Assembly (NCBI RefSeq): GCF_009914755.1
Contig: NC_060946.1
Direction: 5' to 3' (one strand)
DNA from: the human T2T-CHM13v2.0 reference genome, Homo sapiens
Length of the DNA stretch: 64,000 bases
The position numbers and the translations under genes are program-made. Positions 43,488 to 58,379 of the stretch are shown in pieces. The number at the start of each line of letters is the position of its first letter. The stretch's first letter is position 1. Below the pieces are notes generated by a model. It worked only from the letters and a program-made list of their open reading frames with translations. It was not told the DNA's origin and made no database searches.

Positions 43488-44866
43488 ATACACTTTGTAT
43501 TCCTTAACTGAATTCTGTATAATGACTCTTGAGATCAACGATTCATTTATCAGTATTTTAAAAATATATGGTGTCACTTTTTTTTTTCATTTGCAGGCTC
43601 CAGTGTGATTGATATCTATAAAAATATTGCCATACAATTTTTAAACGTAACAGAAGTGGAACTTTGGAATTTTAATTGCACTTACCATGAAATTTGTTAT
43701 ATTGGAATAAACAATCATCCTAGTGTACTTTCTACCCTTAGCCTGAAGCAGAACTTCTTCTGTTGATTCTGTCATTATTTTGTGTCTATCACACAGTGTA
43801 ATTATATGTACCTCATGTGACTCATTATTGGGTTCAATATCATTTAGAACACTATATTTAATAAAATCTATGAAAAGCATAGATGCTCCAGGCATTTACA
43901 ACTAAAACATTGAATTCAGATTCATTTTCAGGTAATGATATAATCATGTGAAAAGAATGCATTTCTGTATTTTTTGAAACCTTTTCTTTTGAAAACATAG
44001 TAATACATTTCTACTCTAAAATAGAACTTAGCCTAAATACTTTCAAAACCTTTAGAATTTGGAAAAGAAATAAAAATCTCACATAATTCTGAATGTTCCC
44101 TTTTTTACTTGAAATAAACTTTATATTTTCCATCTTTGAGTTCCTGCAGTTTATTTTCAAAGGCCACTTTTGGAATTGTGAAAACTCTGCTTTCACTTGG
44201 CAAATAATAATTAAGAGTAATCAATCTTTTAACATTAAGATCTCATACCTGCCATGAGTTTACAAAGTCTATTTGAATAATCCAACATCAAACATTTTTT
44301 CTAAGTGTTAGCTGTACTCCCCTGCACACAGCTTGTGTAGAATGCTTCTACCTGTAAGACACTGGAGAGACGGTTTGGTGGGAGTCAGAGAGCAGAATTA
44401 GGAAGATGGGAGAGTATGAATTTCCCAATATGACTAAGTGTCATCGTGTGTGAAATAAACCCCAAGATGGTCATTTCCCATATGTGTTCTACTTGTGTTG
44501 TCACTAAACTGCATCCATGGTCTGGTTATTCTGACAGTTACATGAACTTGACAAATGTGGGCAAGACAAAGAGGGTGAGGATGTGAGCTTTCATTCACTC
44601 TCCCTTCATCATAGCTGGTTGCTCCCAGGGCACGTAGCCCCCATGAATTCTCCTCCTCCTGATGCCTTCCCCAGGCTGTGACTGCTGGTGGGGCCTTAAC
44701 ATATGAAATCTGAGGTGCTACTGAGGCTGTCATGGACCAGCGTCCTCAGCAGCAAACCCTGCCCTGACATCCCCAACAGCCTTCTCCTCTGCAGACTCAA
44801 AGACTCTGCTCAGCTGTTCCCTCAGACAAGCAGCCCATGCGGGCAGCTGGGTCAACCCAGCAGGGA

Positions 44867-44894
44867 GGTTTCTGTTCGAGGATGTAGCACTGTG
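44867..44894 (-). other. 12-RSS of the first IGKV2 orphon
   Basis: CACAGTG-CTACATCCTCGA-ACAGAAACC. Confidence 0.95.
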
Positions 44895-45639
44895 GGCGGA
44901 GTTTGTAGAGCTTGCATGCAGTAATAAACCCCAACATCCTAAGCCTCCACCCTACTGATTTTCAGAGTGAAATCAGTGCCTGACCCACTGCCACTGAACC
45001 TGTCTGGAACTCCAGAGGCCCGGTTGGAAACCTCATAGATCAGGAGCTGTGGAGACTGGCCTGGCTTCTGCAGGTACCAATTCAAATAGGTGTATTCATC
45101 ATCAGTATCCAAGAGGCTCTCACTAGATCTGCAGGAGATGGAGGCTGGCTCTCCAGGAGTGACAGGCAGGGAGAGTGGAGTCTGGGTCATCACAATGTCC
45201 CCACTGGATCCTGAAATAATAACAGAGAAGTGCAAGGTTATATAAACACATTTTGAGCAACTTTCATGATTTTCCTTAAGATTTTGATTTAGAGTTACAT
45301 ATTTTTTCAAGTTTTGATTTTTATCATGAAAAGTAGACTTTCTAAAATGAACCAATTTGTTACTAGCCAGCAGGGAGCAGTTTATTTTCAAGAGCTTAAT
45401 CAGAGCACTGGTCATTTTTCCTGGGAGATGATTCCTGACTATTCCTGAGACAAAAAATACGAGTAATCTTTCCCGGAGCACAGACCATGTGCCCGTAACA
45501 CATGGTTGAAATAAAAATAGGAAGCTGTGGAGACCCCAGATCTCACCCTCCCACCCCATTTTCTCACCTCACTTTTGATCCTATCCTTACCAGAGACCCA
45601 GAGCATTAGCAGCCCCAGGAGCTGAGCAGGGAGCCTCAT
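44895..45639 (-). pseudogene. IGKV2OR22-4: Germline IGKV2 orphon with a single nonsense codon (leader 45591-45639; V exon 44895-45210)
   Basis: MRLPAQLLGLLMLWVS|[107 protein letters not shown] at 44939-44941; GT/AG intact. Symbol inferred from cluster order. Confidence 0.87.
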
Positions 45640-45738
45640 TGTGAGAAGGTGAACTGAGGAGTCCTGATCAGTCAAGGCAAGGTTAGAGCTGAGCTTTTAT
45701 CTCAGACTCACAAGGGAAGGTCCTCCCTAAGGGACAAC

Positions 45739-45746
45739 ATGCAAAT
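45739..45746 (-). promoter_or_regulatory. Intact Ig octamer ATTTGCAT, 100 bp upstream of the ATG, next to a CAGGTG E-box
   Basis: + strand atgcaaatcacctg. Confidence 0.9.
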
Positions 45747-46699
45747 CACCTGGTGGGTGCAGTGGTGTGGAAAAGGTTGATGGGGCAGGGGGAATGTCTC
45801 TTCTGTGAACAATGTGACATAAAATGTTTGCTGGAGCCAAACAAATGTAGTTCAAGTCAAGTTTGCCTGTGGTCAAGGGAAGAAGGCTCTGACTGTGGAA
45901 GTTGGGACCTTGGGCAGGGACACATTGTGCAGTGCATGCCACACTGAGAACGCACAAGGACCCTGACAACGTGGAAATGTGTTTCTAGGATGCATCTTTG
46001 GGAGGTGAATGCCATCCTGCAGGCCTCCCTCCCAATCAATCTAGAGAAAGAAAACAGCCCCATTCCCACAAGCACAGACGGGCAGAGGGCCTGCAAATGA
46101 AAAGTGCTCCTGAGCCAGTTCAAGTGTTGCCTCGTATGTGCTGTTTCCAGGATAACTGTTCAATATTATTCAGTGCAAGTGTTAGAATCTCCCCGTCCCT
46201 GGCACCTGATGAGTGAGCCCCAAAAAAGTGCTCCGTCCAAGGGCCTCACAGGGAGAATGATGTGGGTCTCTACATTTAGAGCCAAGAGCCCAGCATAAGT
46301 AAGAGGCAATGGGGCAAGAATGTTACACCTCAGGCAGTGAATACAAAATTCCTGGTGACCAACTGTTCAATCTGGGATAATCCCATCATAATCATCTCAC
46401 ATATACAAGATTAACCAGCAGGATCTCATAGGGAAGAATTTCCTTGGTTAATGATACAAAGCAAATAAGAAATAACATTGCATGATGTTTTTCTGAGTGG
46501 TGCTTACGAAAACTCTTCTCACACAGCCTCCCTGGTCATGTGGCATCAGGTCCTGTGAGGGCTTCCAGGTTATGGCCAACCCTGAGTGAGACCTGAGTCA
46601 CCCCCAGCCTGGATGTGGTGCAGCCACAGCCATGAGTCTGCAGTTGAAAAGGAAATTGTCTATGTGAGAAGAGCAAGGACTGCATCTACAGTTTTATGT

Positions 46700-49050
<2,351 letters not shown>

Positions 49051-50339
49051 ACTACCATGGATGAGGTTGAGTAACACAGAGGCCTGTTCCCCACTTGGGG
49101 CACAATGAAGGTTCTTTTTGTTAAAGGGGAGAGTTTATCTTTGCATGCAAGCCACCCACTGAGCATCCCTTCGTGAAGCTGCAGGTCCTGTGACTGGATT
49201 CCTGGCTGCAAGGCACCGGGGGTTGAAGCTGTCTGCATTATCTCACTAACTGTAAATTGTCACTCACTGGAGAATATATTCACAGATAAATATTCTGGAA
49301 CACAGACAGCTCAGGGAATGAAGGCTTCATGAATGTGTATCTTCTGCTTCTGAGAATTCATCTCTCCGGCACTGGAAGAAACAGGGTTGTTCATATGTTG
49401 TACCTTCAGACCGTGTTCTAGACCTGTCTAAGCTGACCCTGTTTCCAAATATTTGAGTTATTGTTCTTTACTTTTCCTTGGAAAAAATGTTTAGAAATCC
49501 TATAAAACTATATACACAGCTGTGGGAATAAGTGGTGAGTTTTTCCTCTGTGCTTGCTAATCTTTCTGCAGGGCCCACCTCACCTACCAACAAACTGCAG
49601 AAAGGGAAGCAATGATTCTCTTTCCTTCCTGAGCATTCTGTGTCCACGTCACTTCAATCTCTGTCTCTGTCTTCAAATCACCTTCTCTTCTGCAGTCTTT
49701 GTTAAATGTCTGCCTATCTATCTTATAAGGACAATCGTGATGTCCTTATAAGATAGAGATAGGCAGACATTTTAACAAAGCCTTTTTATTGACCCACCTG
49801 GACCAGGGCCCATCTGGTCAATACAGGATGATCTGCCCATTTCATAATCCTTAACTTTCATGTCCGATTAAATTCTGATGAGAAAGCAAAATGGGCTAAA
49901 AACTTCATCCTGAAGGAAACATTCATGTTTAATGCACAGGAACTGCAGATGAAGCCTGAGTTCTCCCTCCTCACCAGAGAGTTGGAAAAGCAGGAGGAAG
50001 AGGAGCAAAGCTGGGTCCCCGCCTCCATGAGGGCCTCCTAAGGCTGCTCCTGCTCACAGAGGGTGGGGAAGGTGGATAGTCAGCTTGCGCTGCCACACCA
50101 AAAACACTGATCTGGATGACATAAACCACAGAATTTAATTTTCATGTTTCACATTTTTGGTGCCCAGATCAATGTCCAGCAGGGTTCGCTTTCTGGTAAA
50201 GACCTTCTTCCGGGTTTGCAGATGCCACCTGGGCTATGACCTGATAAATATCTATATACATTTTGCCATGCAACTTTTAAACATAACAGAAATGACACAT
50301 TGGAATTTTAATTGTACTTACTACGGAATCCATTATCTT

Positions 50340-50647
50340 TTTTTTTTTTTTTTTTTTTTGAGACGGAGTCTCGCTCTGTCGCCCAGGCCAGACTGCGGAC
50401 TGCAGTGGTGCAATCTCGGCTCACTGCAAGCTCCGCTTCCCGGGTTCACGCCATTCTCCTGCCTCAGCCTCCTGAGTAGCTGGGACTACAGGCGCCCGCC
50501 ACTGCGCCCGGCTAATTTTTTGTATTTTTAGTAGGGACGGGGTTTCACCTTGTTAGCCAGGATGGTCTCGATCTCCTGACCTCATGATCCACCCGCCTCG
50601 GCCTCCCAAAGTGCTGGGATTACAGGCGTGAGCCACCGCGCCCGGCC
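50340..50647 (-). mobile_element. AluYb8 (human-specific subfamily)
   Basis: Diagnostic 7-bp duplication (gactgcggactgcagt), plus accttgttagcc and cctcatgatccaccc. TSD gaatccattatctt at 50326-50339 and 50648-50661. Confidence 0.92.
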
Positions 50648-52077
50648 GAATCCATTATCTTAAAATAAATCATCTCAAGTATAATTTAAGCCCTTAGCCT
50701 GCATCGGGATCTTGTTCTATTAATTCAATCAGTCTTATGTGTCTCTGCACCGTATTATCACAGGTAACAGACATCACTCATTACTCGGAGTCATACAAAT
50801 GGATTTGGCAGAAAAATCGGATCATGGATGCAGACTAGTGGCAACACAAGTGAAATACATGTTAGAAATGACTCGTTTGGAAATAGTTTTCTACATGTTA
50901 GCACTTGGTCATATTGGGAAATTGCCATCTTCCTAGTTTGGAAACTTTCTCTCTCATTTACCACTCACATTAAACTGCCCGCTCTAGCATTATGGTGGAG
51001 AAAGCACTATTGCTTTTGTAACAGAAAGCATTTCTGTTAGGTTTTAAAGTTGCATGGCAAAATGTATATAGATATTTATCACACTGCAGCCCTCAAATTA
51101 AAAAAGCAGATAAATTTAGTGCACTATTGTCAATGAAATCTATTAAAAGAGACGATTCAAATACATTTTCAGGAAAAAATAGTGTCATGTAAAAATAATG
51201 CATTTTTTCATTTTTTAAATCATTTTCTTATGACAGCATAGAACTAAATATTTCTTCTCTAAAATACTATGTCTATAAAATAATTTTAAAATTCTAAGAA
51301 TTTGAGAAGGAAATAAAAATCGCATGTAATTCTACATTTTTCCTGTGGTACATCACATAAACTTTATGTTTTACATCTGAATTGTGTTGTTTATTTTCAA
51401 AGTCCACTTTTGGAATTGCAAGACCTCCATTTTTCTGTCAGCAAAAGGTAACTGAGGCATGTCAAACTATTTTGGTATTATTATCTTACATTTGACATGG
51501 ATTTTAAAAATCCGTAAGTGGAAAAAAAATCAAATAGGTTATCTATTTATTCTGAGCCATACTTCCCTGACAGCTGGTGTACAATGCTTTCTCCATCATA
51601 ATACTATGGAGGGCAGGTTCATGTGAGTGGTGAAGGAGACAGAAAGTTTGGAAAGTGGGAAGATAGCAATTTCCCAGCATGACCAAATGTTATCATGTGT
51701 AAAACTATTCCCAAACCAGTCGTTTCTAACATGTATTTCACTTGAGTTACCACTAACCTGCTTCCATGATCTGATTGTTCTGCCAAATAAATGGACTCGA
51801 AAAATGTGGGCAAGAGAGGGAGGATGAGGATGAGTTTTCATTCGCTCTCCCTTCATTAGAGCTGGTTGTTCCCAGAGCACGTGGCCACATGTGACAACTG
51901 ATGGAGCCTTAACATGTGGGACTGAGGTGCAACTGAGTCTCTCATGGGCCATAGTCCTCAGCAGCAAACTCTGCCCTGAATTCTCCAAGAACCTCCTGTT
52001 CTGCAGACCCAGAGACCCTGCTGAGCTGCTCCCCAGACAAGCAGTGCATGTGAGCAGCTGGGATGCCACAGGAGGGA

Positions 52078-52105
52078 GGTTTCTTTTGGGGGCTGTACCA
52101 CTGTG
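52078..52105 (-). other. 12-RSS of the second IGKV2 orphon
   Basis: CACAGTG-GTACAGCCCCCA-AAAGAAACC; nonamer position 2 is altered. Confidence 0.9.
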
Positions 52106-52836
52106 GGAGGAGTTTGTAGAGCTTGCATGCAGTGATAAACCCCAACATCTTCAGCCTCCACCCGGCTGATTTTCAGTGTGAAATCAGTGCCTGACCCACT
52201 GCCACTGAGCCTGTCTGGGACTGCAGAGGCCCGGTTCAAAACCAAATAGATCAGGAGCTGTAGAGACTGGCCTGGCTTCTGCAGGTACCAAATAGGTTTA
52301 TTCCCCCCTGTATACAAGGCTGTGACTAGACCTGCAGAAGGAGATGGAGGCCAGCTATCCAGGGGTGACGAGCAGGGAGAGTGGAGTTTGGGTCATCATA
52401 ATATCCCCACTGGACCCTGAAATAACATGAAAGAAGTGTAAGGTTATATAGACACACTATGAGCAACTTTCATGATTTCCCTTATGATATTCATTTACAG
52501 TTACGTATTTTTTCAAGTTTAGATTTATATCATCAAAAGTAGACTTTCTAAAATGAATGCACAATTTACTAGCCAGTACGAAACTCTATTTTCAAGATCT
52601 TAACCAGAGCACTGGTCATAGTTCCTTGGAGAATCCTGGTTATTCATAAGGCAAGAATATGAATTCTCTTTCCTGGAGCATAGACCATGTGCCTCTAACA
52701 CGTTTGAAATAAATATAGGAAGCTGTGGAGCCCCCAGATCTCACCCTCCCACCCCATTTTCCCACCTCATCTTATTTCTATCCTTACCAGGGACCCATAG
52801 CATTAGCAGCCCCAGGAGCTGAGCAGGGAGCCTCAT
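52106..52836 (-). pseudogene. IGKV2OR22-3: Germline IGKV2 orphon pseudogene (leader 52788-52836; V exon 52106-52416)
   Basis: Leader MRLPAQLLGLLMLWVP; [16 protein letters not shown] (TAG at 52355-52357); CDR1 stop and frameshift; then [61 protein letters not shown]. Octamer mutated (atgtaaat, 52936-52943). Symbol inferred from cluster order. Confidence 0.85.
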
Positions 52837-55271
52837 TGTGAGAAGGTGAACTGAGGAGTCCCGATCAGTCAAGGCAAGGTTAGAGCTAAGCTTTTATCTC
52901 AGACTCACAAGGGAAGGTCCTCCCTAAGGGACAACATGTAAATCACCTGGTGGGTGCAGTGGAGTGGAAAGAGTCAAGGGAAGGGTGAAGGGGCCTCTCT
53001 TGTGAGAAAAGTTCCTTAAATGTCTTCTCTGTTTGGAGGGAAACCAACAGAGATAAAATCTATGCTGCATGAGTAGGATAAATTCCCTGACCCTTTCGTC
53101 TCCTCTCTTAGATTTCCTGTTTCTTAGCACTTCCCAGGGGCACTTTTCACTTCTCCTTACTAAGGTTGAGATTCCATAAGTAACTGATAATTCTTCTTTC
53201 TTTTTTTGTATTTGTTTGAGTCCAGAATTGGCTTTTTCAGTTTTTTATCTTGAGGTAATACACACGCCCAGTAAACAACTGAAATGTTAAATATGCAACT
53301 AAGTTTTCTGTATGTTCTCCATCCCAATGAATCTCTAGAATATTTCAAATTCTCCAGATTCATCCCTCATGCACCTTCCCAGGCAACAGCTGCTCCCCAA
53401 TTTCAGTCAAGGTAACTGGAATTCAGATACTCATCACAATAGCTTGGTTTCCCCTGGCCTAGAATTTCATATAAATTGAAGGAAACACTTTTTTGTTTTT
53501 TCCTTGCTTCTTCCTCTTTTCTTTACTGTTTCTGAAATCTTCATTTATTTCTGTGCATTCAGATTACCATCTGCTGTCATTTCCTGTGATTCTGAAAAGT
53601 TTCCTCTTGAATATCTTATAGAATATATCTGCAAGTAATCATTTCTCTTCATTTTGTTCATAAAGAAGTGTTTTTACTTTACCTTTATTTTTGAAGCATA
53701 TCTTCACTGGATATTGAATCCTTGGGTGAGTCCCTTCCACCCAGTATGTAAATATGTAATCTCACTGTCTTCTGCCTCTATTGGTCCCATGAACAGTTCA
53801 CCAAGTGTTTTATTACTGTTTCTCTGGTATAAGAAACCAGTATTTTCTTGATACATTTGAGATTTTCACTTTGTATGTGATTCTGCATTTTAACTACAAT
53901 CTGTATAATGATGCATGTCTTGATGTTTATCCTGGATAAGTTTCCATTTTTTTGATCTCATAGACTAATGTGTTTCATTACCCTTGACACATTTCGCAGA
54001 ATTTCTCAGGTCTCTCAGGTGTGCCACCTCCCAGAGATGCTCTCTGTGTGGTTATTCTCTGCAATTCACTCTACTGTGTTGCTGTACATTCTCTTTTTAT
54101 GTTATGTCCTAGGTAATTTCCGGAGCAGCCTCAGGCCAGTCTCTGGAGTGTGGGTGCACTTGTAGTGACAGCAGCTCTGGGCTTGGGCCTGGGCTGGTCC
54201 ACATGGAAGTGGCTCAGGGTCTGAGTTGCCAACACAGGATGAGGTCCCGGAGCCTGGGTTGGGATGATGCAGAGTTGGGGCTGGGAGGCAGCCCCATCCC
54301 AGGCCGCACAACAGTGGCTGCTTCTTGGGAGGATGTGGAGGGAAGGTCGCAGAATCTTCCTCTCTGCGGTGATGTACGTGCCCATGGCTGCAGATTTTTT
54401 TAGTGCCAAAATCACCAGTGTCCTCTTTGGAGCAGGCTGTTGTGATCCTTATTAATGAACACTAAGGGGCCTTCATTAGGAAAGCTGTAGAGTGGAGCTG
54501 CCTTGGGGGATACTGAGGTCCTCAGCTGCCAAGGCTGCAGGGTCCTCCACAGAGCAGGCCATGGGGACTGCAGTGGCCCTGCCTCCTAGCTGGTAACACT
54601 TGCCTCCTGCTTCTTTGCCCCTGGCTGTCTCAAAACTCTCAGATGTGCCATCTCCCAGCCATCCTTCCTGCATGGTTACTCTGCGCTTTTCTCCCGTTGT
54701 GTTCCTGCACTTCTTTAATTGGATTCTGGAGCACTCCAAGGGCTGTTTTCTTTCTTGGATAGCTGTCTAATTGTTGGTTTTGCTATTTTGTGTGTGTTTA
54801 TGTGTTTTTTTGGGGGGGAGTCCAGATGAAGGCTGGAATCAATGTGAAGCCACTTTTCTTAGGCATTATTAATCTTATTAATCTTATCATGAGTGCAGAG
54901 CCCTCATGAGCTAATCACCAAAGAATCCAATGTCTAATACTGTTGCCTTGAAAATTCAGTTTCAACAGGAACTTTGGAGGGGACACAATCAGACCATAGC
55001 AGTGATTTAGTAGAAAAAAATATGATAACTGAATTATATTGGATCAATTGGATATCCATATGATGTCAAAATGAATCTTATCCTGCACATTTTACCTCTA
55101 TATTGATACGCACATTAATTGTAAATCATAACCTGAAATGTAAAGTCAAAAGTATAAAGCTTTTAAACAATACCATAAAAAGATATTTCATGACTATACA
55201 TGTGAAAAAAGATTTTGTATAGAAGATACACAAAGCACTAAGCACAAAAAAATTAATCAATTAGTTCTCCA

Positions 55272-56612
55272 CTGAAAACTCAAAAAGCCAGAATGGTTTC
55301 TTTCTGCCAAATGACTACATCACCTCTCCATCAAGGGTTCACATCCAGGCTGAACCTGAGATGGCTGAAATGACAGAAGTAGAATTTATAATAGGAATAG
55401 GAATAAAATTCATTGAGTTGCAGGAGTATGTTGTAACCCAATTCAAGAAAGCTAAAAATAATGAAAAAAAATTTCAGCAGATGACAGACAAAATAGCCAG
55501 TACAGAGAAGCACATAACCAGCATGTTAGATCTGAAAAACACACTACAGGAATTTCATAGTGCAATCACAAGTATTAATAGCACAACATACCATGTGGGG
55601 AAAAGAATCTCAGAGCTTGAACACTGACTAAGATAAGGTGGGCAGGCAGGAATATAGAAAAAATAATGAAAAGGAATAAACAAAACCTCCAAGAGATATT
55701 GGATTATGTAAAGAGACCCATTCTACAGCTGATTGGTATACCTGAAAGGGATGGGGCAAATGAAACAAACCTGGAGAATATATTTCAGGATATCATCTAT
55801 GAAAAATTCCCCCACCTATCTAAAGAGGCCAACATTCTAATTCAGGAAATTTGGAGAACACAAAAGTAAGATAATCTACAAGAAGATCATTTCCAAGACA
55901 CATAATTGTCAGATTCTCCAAGGTGAGAAGGAAAGCAAAAATTTTAAAGGCAGCTGGAGAGAAAGGCCAGCTCACCTACAAACAAAAGCCCATCAGACTA
56001 ACAGTGGATCTCTAAGCAGAAATCCTACAAACTGGAAGAAATTGTGGGTCAATATTCAACATCCTAAAGGAAAAGGAACTCCAACCCAGGATGTTATGTC
56101 CAGCCAAACTAAGCTTCATAAGTGAAGAGAAATAAGATCCTTTTAAGACAAGCAAATGCTGAGGGAATACGTCACCACCAAACCTGCCTTACAAGAGCTC
56201 CTGAAGGAAGCACTAAGTATGGAAAGGAAAGACCATTACCAGCCACTACAAAAACACACTGAAGTACTCAAACAAGTGATGCAATAAAGCAATCACATAA
56301 ACAAGTCTGTGAAATAACCAGCTGACATCATGATGACACGATCAAACCCACACATATTCATGCTCACCTTAGAAGTAAATGGGCTAAGTGCTTCAATTAA
56401 AAGACACGGAATGGAAAGTTGGAAAAAGAACTAAGACTCATTGGTGTGCTGTTTTCAAGAGCCCCATCTCACATGCAATGATACACATATGCTCAAAATA
56501 AAGGGATGGAGAAAAACCTACCAAGGAAATGGAAAACAGAAAAAAGAAGGGGTTACCGTTTCTGACAAAACAGACTTTAAACAAACAAAGATTAAAAAAA
56601 AAGACAAAGAAG
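55272..56612 (+). mobile_element. L1 (older primate) ORF1 and start of the ORF2 endonuclease, 3'-truncated
   Basis: ORF1 remnants (NLQEILDYVKRPILQLIGIPE) and ORF2 EN (CCFQEPHLTCNDTHMLKIKGWRK..SDKTDFKQTKIKKKDKE) ending at the IGKV3 exon. Confidence 0.92.
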
Positions 56613-57108
56613 TGAAAAATCTTAGGCTTCAGGCAGCTGATGGTGATAGTAAAGTCTGTCTCCAATCCATGACCACTAAACCCCAGGATGCTAGTGGCCC
56701 TGTTGGATGTGCCTTAGATGAGGAACCAGGGAGCTTTTCCAGGTTTCTGCTGATACCAGGCTAAGGAGCTGCCAATGCTCTGACTGCACACACAGATGAG
56801 AGAGTCTCTTTTCCCTGAAGACAAAGACAAGGAGTCAAGAGACTGCATCAACATAACTTCTCTGGAGGGACATGAGATTAGAATAAAACAGGAAAATCAC
56901 TCATATAAACTGCATCAAGCCCACAATCTTCATAGTATAACCACAGTCACTAATCTACACTGAATTATAATTACTGTTCTTGCTCAGCAGGGATGCCAGG
57001 TCAGAGGAACCAACAAGGTTGAGAGAGTTTCAGTGTAGAGCCATCTCCTCTTCCCCTCACCTGGGAGCTAGAGTACAGGAGGCAGAGAAGCTGAGATGGG
57101 GCTTCCAT
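56612..57108 (-). pseudogene. IGKV3OR22-2: IGKV3 orphon pseudogene, 3'-truncated (leader 57061-57108; V exon 56612-56871; no CDR3 or RSS)
   Basis: Leader MEAPSQLL.. is 48 nt (frameshifted); acceptor AG changed to [80 protein letters not shown]. Vk3-type CTTTGCAT at 57201-57208. Symbol inferred from cluster order. Confidence 0.82.
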
Positions 57109-58379
57109 GAGTCTCTCTTGTCTTAACTGAGCAGTGCTTGCCCTGAGTTCTGACCCAGGTATTGATATGGGCTCTGAACAGCAGCATGGCTGGGAGGAAC
57201 ATGCAAAGAAGCATTGGACTTGCTGTGCTTCTAGCTGCAGAGACCACCTGCCTCCTCTTTTTTTCATTGAGAAGCCCCTGCCCAAGTGGTCAGGTCAGAA
57301 AGGCTATTGGCTCAGCATGAGGGTAGACCTTCTCCCTTCCGGACTCCCAATTTAATCCCCGTCCTACCTCACCAGTTACCTAGGCTCAGACAGATGGTGT
57401 TTAGTACAAACCTCTTGAAAGAAAAAATAAAAATCTATGGTTTCTTTTTCTCTTTCTTCCCCTAACATGCCCAGTCATCTTCCTGGCTGCATGATTGTAC
57501 CTGGCTGAAGTCATTGATCAGAAATTCATCTTCTATACACACTTTTCCTTTGCAGCTTAGACATCATTTCTATGAGCCCTGAACATTTTCCATTATTTGG
57601 AAGAACCAGTAAAGGACATCACTTTGTTAGGCCAAGCACTGTGGGTGCATGAGTGACCACAGCTACAAAGATAAGCAGACTCCAGGCTCAGACTCATCAT
57701 TGTGTGATTCCACTCTCTGCAGACAGACGATGGTGCTGTCCAGCTGGCCAGGAAAAATTGGGGGTGGTATCTTCTCTTCTCTAAAGCACTCCATTCTGCA
57801 CAACACAACCATTCACCCACGCTCAGACTCTTTTCCCTTTAACAGTTTTGAAAACCTCTGTTCACACCACTGATGGAAACAAGAATCTTGTCTGGGGTTT
57901 TCTTGTGTTCCTCAGAATTGTGAACATGTAGTGGTGAGCGAGGTTCCCCTGAACAGGCTGAGAAGCTCTTTAAATTACATTCCATTTAAAATTATTAATC
58001 ACAATTGTGGAAATTTGTTTTCTTTCTTATCTAAACATCTAAGTAATGTACTCAGTTTTCTTTCTTAGCTAACAAAACTGAAGTATCAATTATTTTACTC
58101 CTGATATAATCTGATATGTTTTGTCTTTTAAATGGAAAGTCAATTTTACTGTAGTTATGACTTGTGTAGTACATAGATCATTATATATGTAATATAATCA
58201 ATTGAGTACAATAATGTTATATTGCTATTATATGTTTTCAGGAAATAGAACCTAAAATATCACTTGAGAAAAGGATATAAGTTCTGAGAATTATAATTTT
58301 CCTTATTTCCTAAAGACTGAGTACGAAAAAGGAATAAAAAAAGGAAAAGGAAACATTTCCATATAACAAGCAGTTTAAT

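Noticed and set aside
44939-45559. 206-aa ORF ending in a Vk domain
   Set aside because: Its N-terminal part is read-through of the leader-V intron. The real structure is leader 45591-45639 spliced to 45210.
50721-50731. DUX4-like motif TAATTCAATCA
   Set aside because: An isolated 11-mer in an AT-rich V flank, not conserved in the sister unit; compatible with chance.
55361-56764. L1 ORF1/ORF2 as active coding sequence or an L1-Ig fusion protein
   Set aside because: Multiple stops and frameshifts, and the V exon is antisense to the L1 frame.
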